A stretch of 64,000 nucleotides of DNA, taken from contig OZ059896.1 in assembly GCA_964057225.1 (NCBI GenBank), positions 17,360,001 through 17,424,000 on the forward strand, read 5' to 3'. The position numbers were made by a program, and so were the translations under genes. The DNA comes from Auanema rhodensis. Its lineage: Eukaryota; Animalia; Nematoda. Below the pieces are notes generated by a model that was not told the origin of the DNA, ran no database searches, and saw only the letters and a program-made list of their open reading frames with translations. Position 1 is the stretch's first letter; each line of letters starts with the position of its first letter. Of the stretch, positions 39,116-52,668 are shown piece by piece.

Positions 39116-42090
39116 TTTGTACAGTTCATGTGTTGTATACGACTGATATCTTTTGTTTTTATAATATTTTGTAGAAGAAAATATCATTTCTTCATCTTCT
39201 CATCCTAATTAGGTACACATTTTATTATTTTTTAATTATATAAACAATATACATTTATATTGAATTATCAATAATATGTATATGTTTATCACAAAATCTT
39301 TGCCTTATTTATCTGTGTTCGGAGTGCCTTTTTGGAAGCCTATATTCTCTAATATATATATATATTTATTATTATTATTATTATTTCGTTTATATATTGT
39401 CTAGAAACACATATTTATTTTATTATATCAATAGATAATCTCAAATTCTAGTTATTTCTTATTTTCTCTATGCCACTCCTCTACTCCCACCCTCCCCTTA
39501 TATATCCAGAAGCATAGTTTTCAAATTGGCCTCAATCAGTCTGAATGTGAATCTGGTCATGAGCTGATATGTTATTATTTCTCAAAAAACAAAAGAAAAC
39601 ATTGAAGCTATTTCTCCTTTTAAATACAATGAATGTGTTTCATTTTTTTGCCTTTTTATTTATCCATTTTTTTACGAAGAACCAATATGATTACATGTTC
39701 AGAAGCTACGGACATTCTTGTTGAGTATTAAAATATTTTATCAATTAAATATTCAATTATTTCAATTATATTATATGTAATAAATATCAATTATTAATAC
39801 GTTTTCTCTATTTATTTTTCTGATATAATCCAATGAAACAATCGCACATTAGATACATGTAAGCGTACATAGTAACATGCGGGAACTATGAGCTTTAATG
39901 ATAAACAGGCTTTTTAATGTTTAATAATGAATAATTCATTAAAGTCAGTTTTGATCAGCATATCAACATCATCATAAACATATATCTTATCATATCATAT
40001 CAGAATAATTAAATAAGTAAATATAGTAATTTGATGTCGTGGAGTATCCTTTTTCTTTCCGAAATCTTGATTGATCTTTTCATTCGTTTCGATGTATATG
40101 TGTATGTGTGCGCTCGTGACAAATGCTTGTTTTCTTCAGTATGAACTTCATGCGAGAGAAGGACAACAGAAAAGGGTAAACACCTGTATGAACTTCCGCA
40201 CGGAACTCTAAAAAAAAGCACAAATAGAGACAGTCAAGCCACATATAAACGTCTATCTTTCCTTTTCTCTTTATACACTTTCTGATTCTTTTCAGTAGTT
40301 GTGTTGTATTGAGGTAAATGTGGACGTTGATTGTTGAATCAAGAATTTGTCGTCGTCGAGCAATAGGCGTAAAGGCTTGAAAGACCTAATCTCAATCCGT
40401 ACACATTAGATTTACTTTCTCTTATTTTCACGATTAAAAAAAAACAAATCAATTCAACTGTAATGCAAAATTTGCTAAGAAAACTCAAATTTACACTTGT
40501 TGGATTGTTGGTTTTGTATCAATCTTAGTCTATGAAACTATTCATGATATTCTAAAACAAATATCTTTTAAAAATCTCAAATTGCAATCATGTGCTAAAA
40601 CATTTTGAAACTTTAAGATATCACAATAAGATATCACAATAAATAGATGTCAAAAAATTAAAGACTGATGTGAAAGAGAAGTTCAAAAGTCAGATAAGTT
40701 TACCATTGGACAGTGGTGGTTGTTGTTGTTACAAGATGATTTCTCTCACGACTTTTGTTTCGAAATTGTTTCAGTTTGTTGAAAATGATAAAGAACAGCA
40801 AGTTACTTCTCTTGACCAGCTTTCTCAAACACTTCATCAACTTAAATGACTACTACGGCGGCAGGAATCAGATGATTTAACAATGACCAATAGTCTTTTA
40901 AGAATTATATACTGCATCAGCTAGTATTATACATGTTTGTACGTATATCAAAATATCTGAAATACAATTTCTTAGTCATTCTCTGATTTTGCCCTTGCTC
41001 TTCCGCTCTCAACATCAAATGCAAAACCTGATGCCCGATAATTCCTACTTTTGCTGTATGTCTGTTGTTGTTTTCAGCTACGATGCCTGGACACTGCTGT
41101 CACAGCGTGATATTTGGAAAAGCAATTTGACCTATCATCATCAGATGAAGAAGCATAAGTCTGGCGATATCGTTCAGACTTTTGTCTCCTATCCCACTCA
41201 GCTTCCTTCACTACAGATCGTCACAAGTTCAAGATATTAAGACAGACGTGCCTTGTAGAATAATAGGATATTAAGCTCTGTTACAGATCACCCATAGTTA
41301 TATTCAAATGAACGAGCCACCAGAGACTGCCATACAACGGTCGTCTCTCTTCTTCTTCACCATCTTCTTCGTCTCAGGCTTATTACTATTATCTCCTTCT
41401 CTACCATCTACATCGTTTTCCTGCTTCCTCATCTTCGCTCTCATTCAACATCATTATATTTAAGAGCACATTGCTGCCATATTACAACGTGTGCGTGCCG
41501 GCACACGGTCAGGGTCATTGTGACTCCGTTGTGAGCTATGTCCGGTGCCAGTCACGGTAGTGCATCGTCACTTTTTATAATGTTTCTATCTCTTCTTCAA
41601 CTCATTCAAGTCATATAATCTAGTTTCAAGCCATTCATATTGACCAGCTTGTCGTTTAGGAGATGAAATGAATGATGAAGAAGAACTCTAAGTATTGCTC
41701 AATATGATATTGTAGATTGAGAGAATTCCGAGCATAAGAAGACAAAGTAAAGAAAAAAGTTTGAGAATGTGTGAATATTGAAGGGCACAAAGCACAAACT
41801 TTATCTTGTATTTCATAAAATAAGAACAAAACCAAATCTTTCTAACCAATTTTAGTTTTTAAAAAAATTGTAGATAAAAGCTTTTTTGATGATTAATGTC
41901 ATGTGACGCGAGAAAGTACGTGTAACATATCATGTGAAAACTTATAGACGTAACGGATTTTTCTTTTTTTTTTAACAAAGCTCTTAGAGAGCGGATGGTA
42001 TTTGAAAAGATGAATAGCGATAATTACTACTACTAGAAATGAATCAACCAGAAAATTTTATTATAAAGATAGCATGATATGCAATAGAAT

Positions 42091-42627
42091 TTATACAAGC
42101 TGATATTCGTCATGATAGATGACGTAAACGTCGTTAACCTTTCTCCAAATTTGGATGTAATTCCCCTTTAATACACCAGCTTTCTCCGTGTGGAACTCGA
42201 AATCAGTGAACATGTTAATGTAATCTCCTACTCCTTCATAGCGAGAGTTCGAAAGCTAGACATAGAAATGAGATATACTTAACGTAAAAGTAACAATACC
42301 TTCATAGTTGTCTTACCACAGTCAGTGGCCAGTTGCAGAAGAGCTTTGGCAATATCTTAAATATATTTTGCAAATTTATTGTAAAACAACAGTATATACC
42401 TTTTTTTCCAAACAACACACTTTTATCTTTCTCAATCATTACAGAATTAGCATCATAATAGTCTTCCATTTTCTCAAACTGAGCAGAGTTGAAGGTCTCA
42501 ACATAACCATCAATGAATGGTTTAAGAAGAGCAGCAGCTTCTAAAACATATGATGTGAAAATTAAATTCAACAAGTTGATTATATAATTTTTTTTAAAAA
42601 CTAACGTTCATTGGTCATTGAAGCCAT
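42091..42627 (-). CDS. DUF4440 / NTF2(SnoaL)-like small protein, 4 exons
   Basis: MASMTNEQAAALLKPFIDGYVETFNS...YYDANSVMIEKDKSVLFGKKDI...GDYINMFTDFEFHTEKAGVLKGNYIQIWRKVNDVYVIYHDEYQLV*, typical of the nematode DUF4440 family. Confidence 0.85.
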
Positions 42628-43613
42628 GTTTTCTGATCGAAGTTTGAATATCTAAACGAGTTAAATATAAGATATGCCAGCGAAACAATAAGAAATCACA
42701 AGAAATATCAGATTTGTAAGAAAAGAATGGCTTTCAACATGAATAAAACAGCTATCATCGATTTGTTGATAAGTGAACAGAGGAGCAATAACCCTTAATA
42801 CCCTTTGACGGATAGATAGCTAGTGTACAACGAGCTCGACAGTTGTTTTTGACATCATGCGTAAGCAGTTCACGGAAACATGGGGATTTTAAGAAACACT
42901 GTCATAGCCAAATTTTAAAATTATAGATATCATTAGTTCAATAGCTTATAAATCTTATTTATATGCATTCTTTTTTTCATTGGGATTACTATTTAATTTA
43001 TTCCCAATTGCGGTAATGGTCATTATTCTTACTTACAAAGTTTAAATCACAAGTTTCTTAAAATTTTTAAAATTTATGGTTCAGATAAAACATTATATTT
43101 TTGTTTTCATATATTTTTTTAAAAATCTTTATAAAGTACATCAAGTTTCATTCAAACGTATTCCTGTTTCGCTTTACACAAAGCCCTTTAATGGTGCAAG
43201 ATATTGTTGGTACAATATACATGTTCATTTCTGAATATATTATAAAAGTTTTTACTATTTAATTTTATATCAATTTCGTAAATACGATATCAAAATAAGC
43301 TGCCATTAGACAGTCATAATAGTAATTGGAATATTTAACATCATTAGTCAACAATATTTTTTTTGATTTTATTTGCTGGTTTATAATTCAAATATCGAAA
43401 CATTTGAAATTATGTATTTCATCATTTTCTCTGAAAAAAATGTTGTAAAACGCTTTAATGTTTTCATAACGATATTTTCACTTTCATCATAATGTTTTTC
43501 TTTTATTTTCCGGTTTTTGCCACATTTCTTTTCACAGTTTTCCGTGCTACGTTAACAACGTTAAATTTATCCTTGCAGCTTTAAGTTCATGCGTGTTTTA
43601 TGTCATCTTAAAG

Positions 43614-46600
43614 ATGATTCAATTAAATGCCAAACAAGAATTGGCTGTTTTATTACTATATTCTGATGAAATTATGAAACTATTAGAATTCACTTATACT
43701 GATAGGGCTTTAGTAAGTATTTGTTAACTCAAGATAACTCCTTACTCGTAATTTAGATCCAACATATCTCGTCATTACTACCATCAAATTACATCCCAGA
43801 ATTAGCTGATCAATATCCTGAATCGAAAAAATCCGACTATTCTAAGCATTTATGGCAGGAATTGATTCAAAGCCCAACGATAGCTGTGCTATATCCCACT
43901 CTTCTAAATTTTCTACAAAATGTTGATGAGTCTTTACACAAAATTGTAAGCATGACTTCTTCACATGTAAGGTCTTCTTCATTCAAGTTTGTTTAGTTTG
44001 TAATTTAACTGAATATAATTAAAACGTTTATTTCAGGTTAATATTAGAAAATGTAAATAATCTTATAAAAGTTTTCAACGTTGAACATGTTCTCAGTTAC
44101 TTATCGACAATAACAGAAGAATATAAAAAAATTTGCGAGAAAATATCAGAGAGTATAGCAGGTGTATTACAGTTTAAAATTTTGTATGTAGGTATTTTAT
44201 TTAAGAGTTGGAAGACGAGACGCAAAAAATTAAAATAACATTGAGAACTATTCCTTTTTTCGGTAGAATGGCAGCACTGGATTTGCTGAAAGCTGTATAT
44301 AATCTGGAAAACGGTAGAGAAATAATAGATAAAATACAACCGAACTTTGTTGAGTATTATGGTATGAATAACATTGATAGAATGTGTCGAGTAATGTATA
44401 ATCGCAGAAAAGATTAACTCTCAGAGAGAAAATCCTGATGGATTGGTAAAGTTTTATCCCACTACTGTTCCTGCGTCATTTAATAACGAAGCCAAGTAAG
44501 TTGGAGTTATCATTTCAGAATAATTTATCGTTTCTCAGAGGAGTTTGTGATGTTGATTTAACATGGGATGATTTTCCTCAAACTGGAATGAAACGATATT
44601 TGTGGGATAACCTTGAGTTAAGATCATTTGCAGGTAAACTATTTAAATAATTAAATAATTCAATTTGAATGTTTAGCTGCGCCGATACATTTGAGACAAT
44701 ATCAATTAGAGTTGGCAAAAGATGCTATAGCAGGAAAAAATTGTATAATTGAAGCTCCTACTGGCTCAGGAAAAACTATTGTAGCGTCTTATATAATTAA
44801 AGAGCATATTTTAAAGCGATTCCATACTCATAATTTTAAGGTTTGGAATGAGGTCACTTCATTGTTCTAAACTTTAATATTAAGGTTCTTTTCCTTGTTA
44901 ACTCTACACCTATCATAGAACAACAAGCTAATGTTATTTCTAAGTATTTACTTCACAAGTTCCAGGTATAAGTTTCTGAGTTACAGGAATTTATCGTTTT
45001 CATTTAGGTTGGATATACTTCTGGAATTCAAAACCTTCCTTTGATACCACTTATCAATTCAAACGATGTTTTGGTATGTACTCCTCAATTGATTCTGTAT
45101 GTTACAATTTTTGTTTTATTGGTAGTTTTAAAATTTATTTCAGAAATTTATTACTTGACACGGAATCAGGCATTTCTGAAAATCCTGATCAAAATTTCAA
45201 TTTAACAACATTTTCTTTGATAATTTTTGATGAATGTCATAATACTAGGAAATGTTCACCGTATGCTGGTTAATCGTATTCAAGTTAACTTGGTTAACAT
45301 TTGAATTCAGAATTGATGAAACACTATCATTGGATGAATTTCACAGGACGTCATAATATGCCCAAGCTACCTCAAGTATCTTACTTTTATTTTCGAATAT
45401 TAAGCTTGCATCTAGATTATCGGCCTCACAGCTTCATTAGGAGTTGGAAATAAATCGCGAAATGTGCAACAAGCTTTGGAGCATGTAGTATCTACATGTT
45501 CAAAGTTGAATTGCAAGATAATCAGTCGAGTTAAACACAATAAAGCTGATATGCAGCAGTATATTCACAGACCGAATGACAGTAAGATCAACACTTTTCT
45601 TTCATTTACAAAATTTGGTTGAAGTGATTTGTGTTATGGAAGAAACCCACGAAGAGCGAGAAAACTTTAACGCCTTGCTTATTAATTTTTCAAATGTTAT
45701 AGTAACGAATATATTGTCTTTCATGCGTAAGTTATCTTCTCATCAGCATTCAAATTATTTAATTTTTCAGAAAAGAATAACTTAACTCCTGATGAAATAT
45801 GTAAATCTGAATATAACCCGAATTGTGTTCGACAACATCGTGTACCAGATATAAGTTCAGAAGTTTTTGATCAATGGGTTAATAATCATTTATCAAAATT
45901 TATTCCCCTATCATGCATCGATGGGGCGATTAAGAGCAACATTACTAGTCATTTTGAACTTTTACTTGTATGTTTTTCTACTCTTCCTTCAGTTATATTT
46001 GCTCCTTAACAGATACTCTATCGAGCAACTTTAATTTTTAAAGATTTTGCTTCTATAGATGCTCTAAAGTATATCGAAAATGAGGTTGTAGAACTTAAAC
46101 TCCCCCCTATGCTTGCAGAAAGCTGGAACTGTATGCTGTTTCAGGATATATTAAGGATTATATATATTTATTTTCAGCATTTAATACAACTTTAAAACAG
46201 TATGCTACAACTACGAGCCCTATGATAGAAAAAGTAGCGGAGTATGTTCATTTCTCTTGCTAACTCGTATTGTTTCTCTTTTATAGGTTATTGTTGGAGC
46301 AAAAACGTATAGGAGAAGATTTTCGTGCCATAATATTCATTAAAACACGTATTGGAACCACAATTCTTTCTAAAATTCTAAATAATCGTTCTGATTTGAT
46401 ATTAGAAGGAATTAAGAGTGAACCATTATTTGGTATGATTATCTAGCTAATAAATGTTTAATGTTATACCTTAAAGGAACTAATAGTAAACAGAGTGGAT
46501 TGGAGAAGATTAACAAGATTGAGCAAGCAGAAAAACTAAAGAGGTGAGTCTATCATTTTAACAAATATAACTTTTTTTTCTTAGATTCGCTGATGGAGTT

Positions 46601-47660
46601 ATAAGAGTTTTGGTGACAACCTCTACTGCGGAAGAAGGTTTGGATATTATGTGTAATTTAGTTATAAATTATAACTATGTAACTAACGAAATAGCTAGTA
46701 TTCAACGAAGAGGTTAGCAACCAAAATTTCTATCATAATATAATATTAGTTTCTTAGGTCGTGGAAGAGCAAAGAACGCACGTTCAATTTTCATAACATG
46801 CTGCAATAATCAGAAAAATAAAGAACAATTCAATATGCTTAAAGAACAGCTAATGATAGAAACACTTGATTTTCTTGATAAAATCGATTTTCAATCAGCC
46901 GTAAGTTGAATAAAATAGAGCAAATTCTGATAAAGTTGATTAAGGTTGAGAGAGGAATAGAAGAAGAATTAAAAGCAATTCAACAAAATAAAATATTAAA
47001 GCAAAGGCAAGACGAACGTGCCAAGAATAATCAAGTTTACAAATTAATATGCAGGTTTGCTAGTAACAGAATGCTGCAATTCACCAAATGTTCAGGAAAT
47101 GTGACAACGAGATCTGCTCAAGTACCGATATCAAAGTTTATAGAGAATCCATGTATGTTGTTGTGAATCCCTTAATATGGAATAAAGTTAGTTTACTTGT
47201 GATACTGCTCGTACTGGAACTTTTGCAGGTCATAAGAAGAGAACTGGATGAGTTAGAAATAGAAGAAAACAAATACTTAGGAGTTGCGGAGCTTTTGTGT
47301 AATAATAGTAAATGTGGTAATTTTGTTGGACGTGTCCATAAAATTCGAGAAGTGGATTTTCCTAGTTTGAAAGTTGAGGGTAATCATTCAATCCTTGTTA
47401 TTTTTAACTAATATTACTTGGCTTATAGCATTTACCCTGAAGTATACATGTAACAACATAGTAAAATTAGAGAAAAGGAGGAAATGGTCAAAAGTACGTA
47501 TTTATGTTGCTCATTATTGTATTCAATGGGTTTTCAGGTTCTGGAGTTATTTAGTCCTTGTTCATTAAGCAATTACGATTTCGCAAACATGAACAAACTT
47601 AACTCGCTAATATTCAACAAGGCTCAAGAAATTATTAATTTATCGAATACGTGTCCATAG
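43614..47660 (+). CDS. drh-1: Dicer-related RIG-I-like DExD/H helicase (DRH-1-like), multi-exon, apparently intact
   Basis: Q motif [45 protein letters not shown]; C-terminal domain with CRKC...CNNSKC and KRRKWSK. The N-terminus (LLLYSDEI; [23 protein letters not shown]) resembles the DRH-1 N-terminal domain. Confidence 0.9.
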
Positions 47661-47943
47661 ACTTTTAAAATTATTTATTTTCTTTCGATCAGAGTTCAAT
47701 ATATTAGGATATAAAATAATTGTGTTTTATTAAGATGTTTTATTGCATGTATTGTTGTTGTTCCAAACATATTAAACAAACTTCAAGCTCCAAGCAAGAG
47801 TATAAACGATTTTATTGACAAATCTTGAATCATTTTTTTAATTGGCTTAATACGTCTTTTAAATTAATAAATTGAAGTCTCAACGATATTTACAAAATCC
47901 CAAGTGAAGAATATACATACCATTCAGTTGACCGTAGAATAAA

Positions 47944-49270
47944 CTAATCACTAACTTGCTGTAGTTTAGGCCTCAATTTTGAACATGTATGAGATTGTGC
48001 CGATTTATGTCTCGAACACAAAGTTTTTCCACAGCTAAATTTATTATTAATTTTGATCACAGTGAGACGAAAACTGAGCATACCGACAGTAAAACCCGTT
48101 ACACAAACGAAAAGCACATATTGTGCAACGTGCTGTAGCGCCCCTCAAACTCATTCCTCTCATTGGTTTTGTGAAGGTTCGACGAACAGGTAACTGAATA
48201 TGAACTATTGAAACAGGCATCACTGTTGTTGAAAACAAACTTGAGATGGAATCGTTGTTACTTCGACACCTCCTTCATTATCCTCTGAAGATGAAACATC
48301 ATGAGTCTCACGGGTCCTGCTACGTGTACGTTGTTTATTAGAGCTCACCACAGGTGGATGTCTATGGCGACGGACCTAGAGAATAAATTATATTCTAGTA
48401 TCTCAGGTTTCATACACATACTTTCAATTTGCGAAATTCGTTCGATAAATCACATACGATAATTCCAGATGATACCTCAGAACCTTCCTCAGATATACCA
48501 TTCTCAGACATAGATGGAACTTCGAGATCAGTATCTTTTCCCGTAGAATTATTCAATAAATTTTTACTTGATTCCTGCTTATCAAAACAACTAGTAGCAC
48601 ATGCAGTTTGTGCTTGACCTAATTAATTCTAATTTTATTGAGTAGAAGTGATAATTCTAACCTTCTTCACCAGAATCTTCGCCTTTTACATTACAATTTT
48701 GTCCTCGACTATTAGTACGTAACCTACGTGGATATTTCCCAGTTGCATTGGATTCAGCTACCCGAACCAGTCGCTGCCCAACTTCGTCATCACCTTCTCG
48801 TTCGGTTTCTCCTGCACTGCTTTCTTTGGCTGAAGTGTCCTCTGGGGCACTAAAAGCTCTGAAATAAGAAGATATATAAAAATAACATAGGTGAAGTGTA
48901 TACCCTATTTGACTATGGCGACAAAGCTCTCTATCGCTGGGCTCATCGCTTAATGCTACCATATCCTCTTTGCCGTTAGGTCCTGATTTTGTCATTACTA
49001 CTAATTTCAAAGCACTGTCTTCACGAATTCCTATCATATCCAACTCCAGAGAGTCAGATAAAGCTCTTCCGCAATACACCTTTAAGAAATTGGATGAAAT
49101 TCGTACTGAGGATCCGGACTTACTAAAGCTTGTCTATCAGGTGATATTCTTTTTCTCCTCCAGATACACCTCTTCAGCTCAGCCACAGTCTCAAAGAGTC
49201 GTATTCGCTCGGACCAACGTTCACCAGTAACTGCTTCAATCCACACAGTAACTGGCAACAGGTTTAACAT
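47944..49270 (-). CDS. Ubiquitin-like + AN1 zinc-finger protein (ZFAND4/ANUBL1-like)
   Basis: N-terminal UBL (VWIEAVTG...FETVAELKRCIWRRKRISPDRQAL.VYCGRALSD...IGIREDSALKLVVMTKSGP). Spliced C-terminal AN1 finger CTIC-x9-CRC-x4-CSRH-x5-HTC. Confidence 0.85.
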
Positions 49271-49623
49271 GTCCTATGTATCAGGTAAAATAAAATTCTC
49301 AATGTAGGAAATCGATAAATTAACGATTAGAAACGTCATAACTACACAAAACAAAGATAAAACTAGTTTTTTTAATAAAAAGAATTTGTATTAAAAAATA
49401 AAAAAGCCTCTGAGAGAAAAACTTGATACGGATGAGCAAATGGCATATGTACTCAAAAGGGACTCGAGGTAAACCTGACTTAACACACGCAAGAAGCACA
49501 CGGCTTAAATGGAACGAAAGACTAGAGGATAAGCCACAAAGGATACGTCACAACCAAAAAATGGAAAAATAATATTGTGTGAAACAAATATAATATGAAA
49601 AATAATTCAGTTACAAAAGAAAG

Positions 49624-52600
49624 TTAAAAGGTGTCATTTTCTTGATCTGTTGTGAGCTGCAATGATTTTCTAGCTGCAAATGAGAAATCATATAAGAACC
49701 TCAAAAAGCAACTTACGAGACTTTGCATCTTGTTCAGGATCAGGGAAACTATAGTAATATAATTGCATGATACAGTCAGTGATGTTCTCGTCTTCAATAC
49801 CACAGCAAATAGGATAACGACCACGATTATCCTACAGATTTCGGATTTTTGATAATCAACACTTAATATATGTTACCTTAGTAAAAATAGATGATATAGA
49901 ATGTGGTAGAATAACAGAAAGTAATTCACTAAGGCCATATTGAGCAGCACAATGAACATAACTGAACAGAAAAAAAAACTAAATTCACAGAAATATGAAT
50001 AGCATACGTTTCTCCTTTATTATTTGTTGCTTTTAGGACATCCGAATCATTATAAGAAAGTAGAGACTCAAATATAATCTAGATGAAGAAAATTAGTATA
50101 TGCTAAGAAAAGGAAAAAACTTTGCCAGCTTCTTCATTCTTGTGCATCATTGCCAGATGAAGAGCAGTATTTCCATTAAAATCTTTAAGAAGTGGATCGC
50201 AACCCTTATTTATCAGCATCTCTTAATAGAAAAAAGTTAAAAAGGAAAAAAGCTTGTATTATACCAGTTACATGCATATGGTTGGTTTTAGCTACTGAGA
50301 GCATTAAAGGTGTATGGTCATTGTCGTCAAGGCTATTCAAATTAGCCCCATGATCCGCTAACAGCTCAACAACCTCGTAATGGCCATTAGCTGCAGCACA
50401 ATGAAGAGCAGTTTCCCCTTTGTGATTAGTAGCAGTCAACGGACAAGCCTTTTTCTGCAGAATATGAACCACAACGTTGAAATGTCCACCTTTACATGCC
50501 AGAATTAAGGCTTTATCGGACAATAGACCTAAATTCGAAATAATTAGTTTCAACATATAAACGAAAAAACTTACAAGGAGTCACATTGACTTTAACTTTC
50601 GTCCATCTTCTGGGATCTAATAACCCACCCAATATTTTGATCTATTAGCATAAGAATAAATATATATTTAAATGTTTATCATACATGGCCATGAGCAGCA
50701 GCCCAATCAGCGGGGGACAACCCTCTGGTGTCGAAAACGTTCATAGAAGCTCCAGCGTTAAGCAATCTCACAACAAAATCCTTCTGTCCAACTGCAGCAG
50801 CAATGTGAAGAGGAGTGACATCTTCTTTGTCTCTAAAATCAAGCTTGGTTACATTGGCACCAGCTAAGATGACTAGCCTGGCATTCACATCACAGCATTT
50901 CAGAAGCATTTCAAAGCAATCCAAACTTTTTCCAGCAGCGGCTCTATGTAAGTAGCCACGTCCATTGTTGTCAACATGGTTCTTATTGGAAAGTTCAATA
51001 AGCTGGCGTGGAGAGCTTTTACAAGATGTTAGTGCAATCATACCACATGTTCTACAGGAAATTACTGACAAAAAGCGAAGAAATATTAGTTAACCTCTTT
51101 GAATTGTCTGGGTAATTAATCATGATTAAATCAGAAGGTAGCTTCATGCAATATTCTATGCAATTAGTTTTGTCAGCTTCAGCAGCCAAATGTAACGGCG
51201 TAGATCCTAATGAATCAAAAACACTCAGGACAAAATAATAGAACTCTTACCGTTGGTGTCATACCAATTCAATTGCGATTTAGCATTTTGTTGCAACAAA
51301 AGCTTAACACAAGCCAAATTCCCTTTTAAAAAAACATATACAAAAACGCTTTTCTAACCTATACAAACCTTCTCGCATAGCATAATGCAATGGAATGCGA
51401 TGTTGTTCATCTGCATATTCCAGCAAAGATTGTTGAATAGTTCTATCAGACTTAACAACAATAGCTCATATTATCAAAAAAATAAAGGTCCAACCTCCCA
51501 GTTGAGAATGGCTTCAACAGCATCAGGTTGATTATAAATACAAGCGCTGTGCAATGGTGTTAGTCCAGAATGATAAAAGCTTGCTTTGTCTTTTGCGTAC
51601 ATCTTTTCCAGGAACTAAACGTTCCAGTTTCATAAAAACCAAGAAACGGATAGAAAACTTACATATACACAACATATTGTATTCCCGAATGCAGCAGCAT
51701 AATGTACTGGCAGTAGCTTAGAATTATCAAATTGGAGGAATAGATCAGGCTTATATTCACATAGCGCCTGAATGTGCTAACCATACACAAAGTTTCGATA
51801 GCAGAACTCACTTTGACTACAGTTATGTTGGAATCGCTATTTTCGGTATGCACTGCAAAGTGAAGAGGAGTTCTACCCTTGTTATCACTGATTCCCACAT
51901 CAGCTCCAGATATAAGTAAATGATTAATCTTAAATGTGTTGATAATACTATAACAACACCGTAAGACCGCGTACCAGTTCTCTATTGGATTTAACGATAG
52001 CAAAATGTAATGCCGTCCATCCCTTTCTACTTCTGCAATTGATGTCTGCGCCTTGACTTATCAGGATTTGAGGAATTGCAATTTTTTCTCGATCTTTACA
52101 TGCCAGCATCAAGGGTGTCAACCCGTTTTCATCTTCACTATCAATTTCTGCACCCGAAGATATTAACAATTTCACCGATTCTTTTGGACAGTAAATAGCA
52201 GCAACATGTAAAGGTGTTAAACCATTGGCCATTGCCCTTAAGAAAGAAGTTGAAGGAAAATAATAAAAAGCGAAAATTCTCTTACGCATTAACATCACAA
52301 TGTAGTTTTAGGAGTATTTCAATGATTTTCTGTAGACCATAGAAGCAAGCATAATGGAGAGGTGTGCTTCCATCCCAACTTTTAGCATTAATTGAAGCCC
52401 CCGCTTTAAAATAATTGTAAAAACTATTATAATAATAATTGTGAAACCTTCAATCAGTTTTTCTACCCTTTTAGGATCATCACACATGCATGAGAAATGA
52501 AGAGCAGTATAACCGTCTTTTGTAATATCGTTGATATGGTCTTCGCGTAATTTCTTTGAAAAATTTTAATAAAAGCAAACATATTGATTTTCTTACATCA

Positions 52601-52668
52601 CTAGAATAATCCATTACACTGGAATCAGAAGCATAATTTTCTGAAATATGTTGAGGTAGAGGAGACAT
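49624..52668 (-). CDS. Ankyrin-repeat protein, similar to PP6 regulatory ankyrin subunits (ANKRD28/44/52); 5' end uncertain
   Basis: Many TPLH/TALH ankyrin repeats. GRGYLHRAAAG.SLDCFEMLL and the C-terminal GRYPICCGIEDENITDCIMQL recall ANKRD28-family motifs. Confidence 0.8.

Noticed and set aside
39090-39160. mir-124 paralog gene on the minus strand
   Set aside because: There is no complementary arm to form a pre-miRNA; it fits better as a target site on the sense UTR.
49624-49960. Apparent C-terminal transmembrane segment of the ankyrin protein
   Set aside because: The hydrophobic text comes from the wrong frame; correct splicing gives further ankyrin-like sequence.
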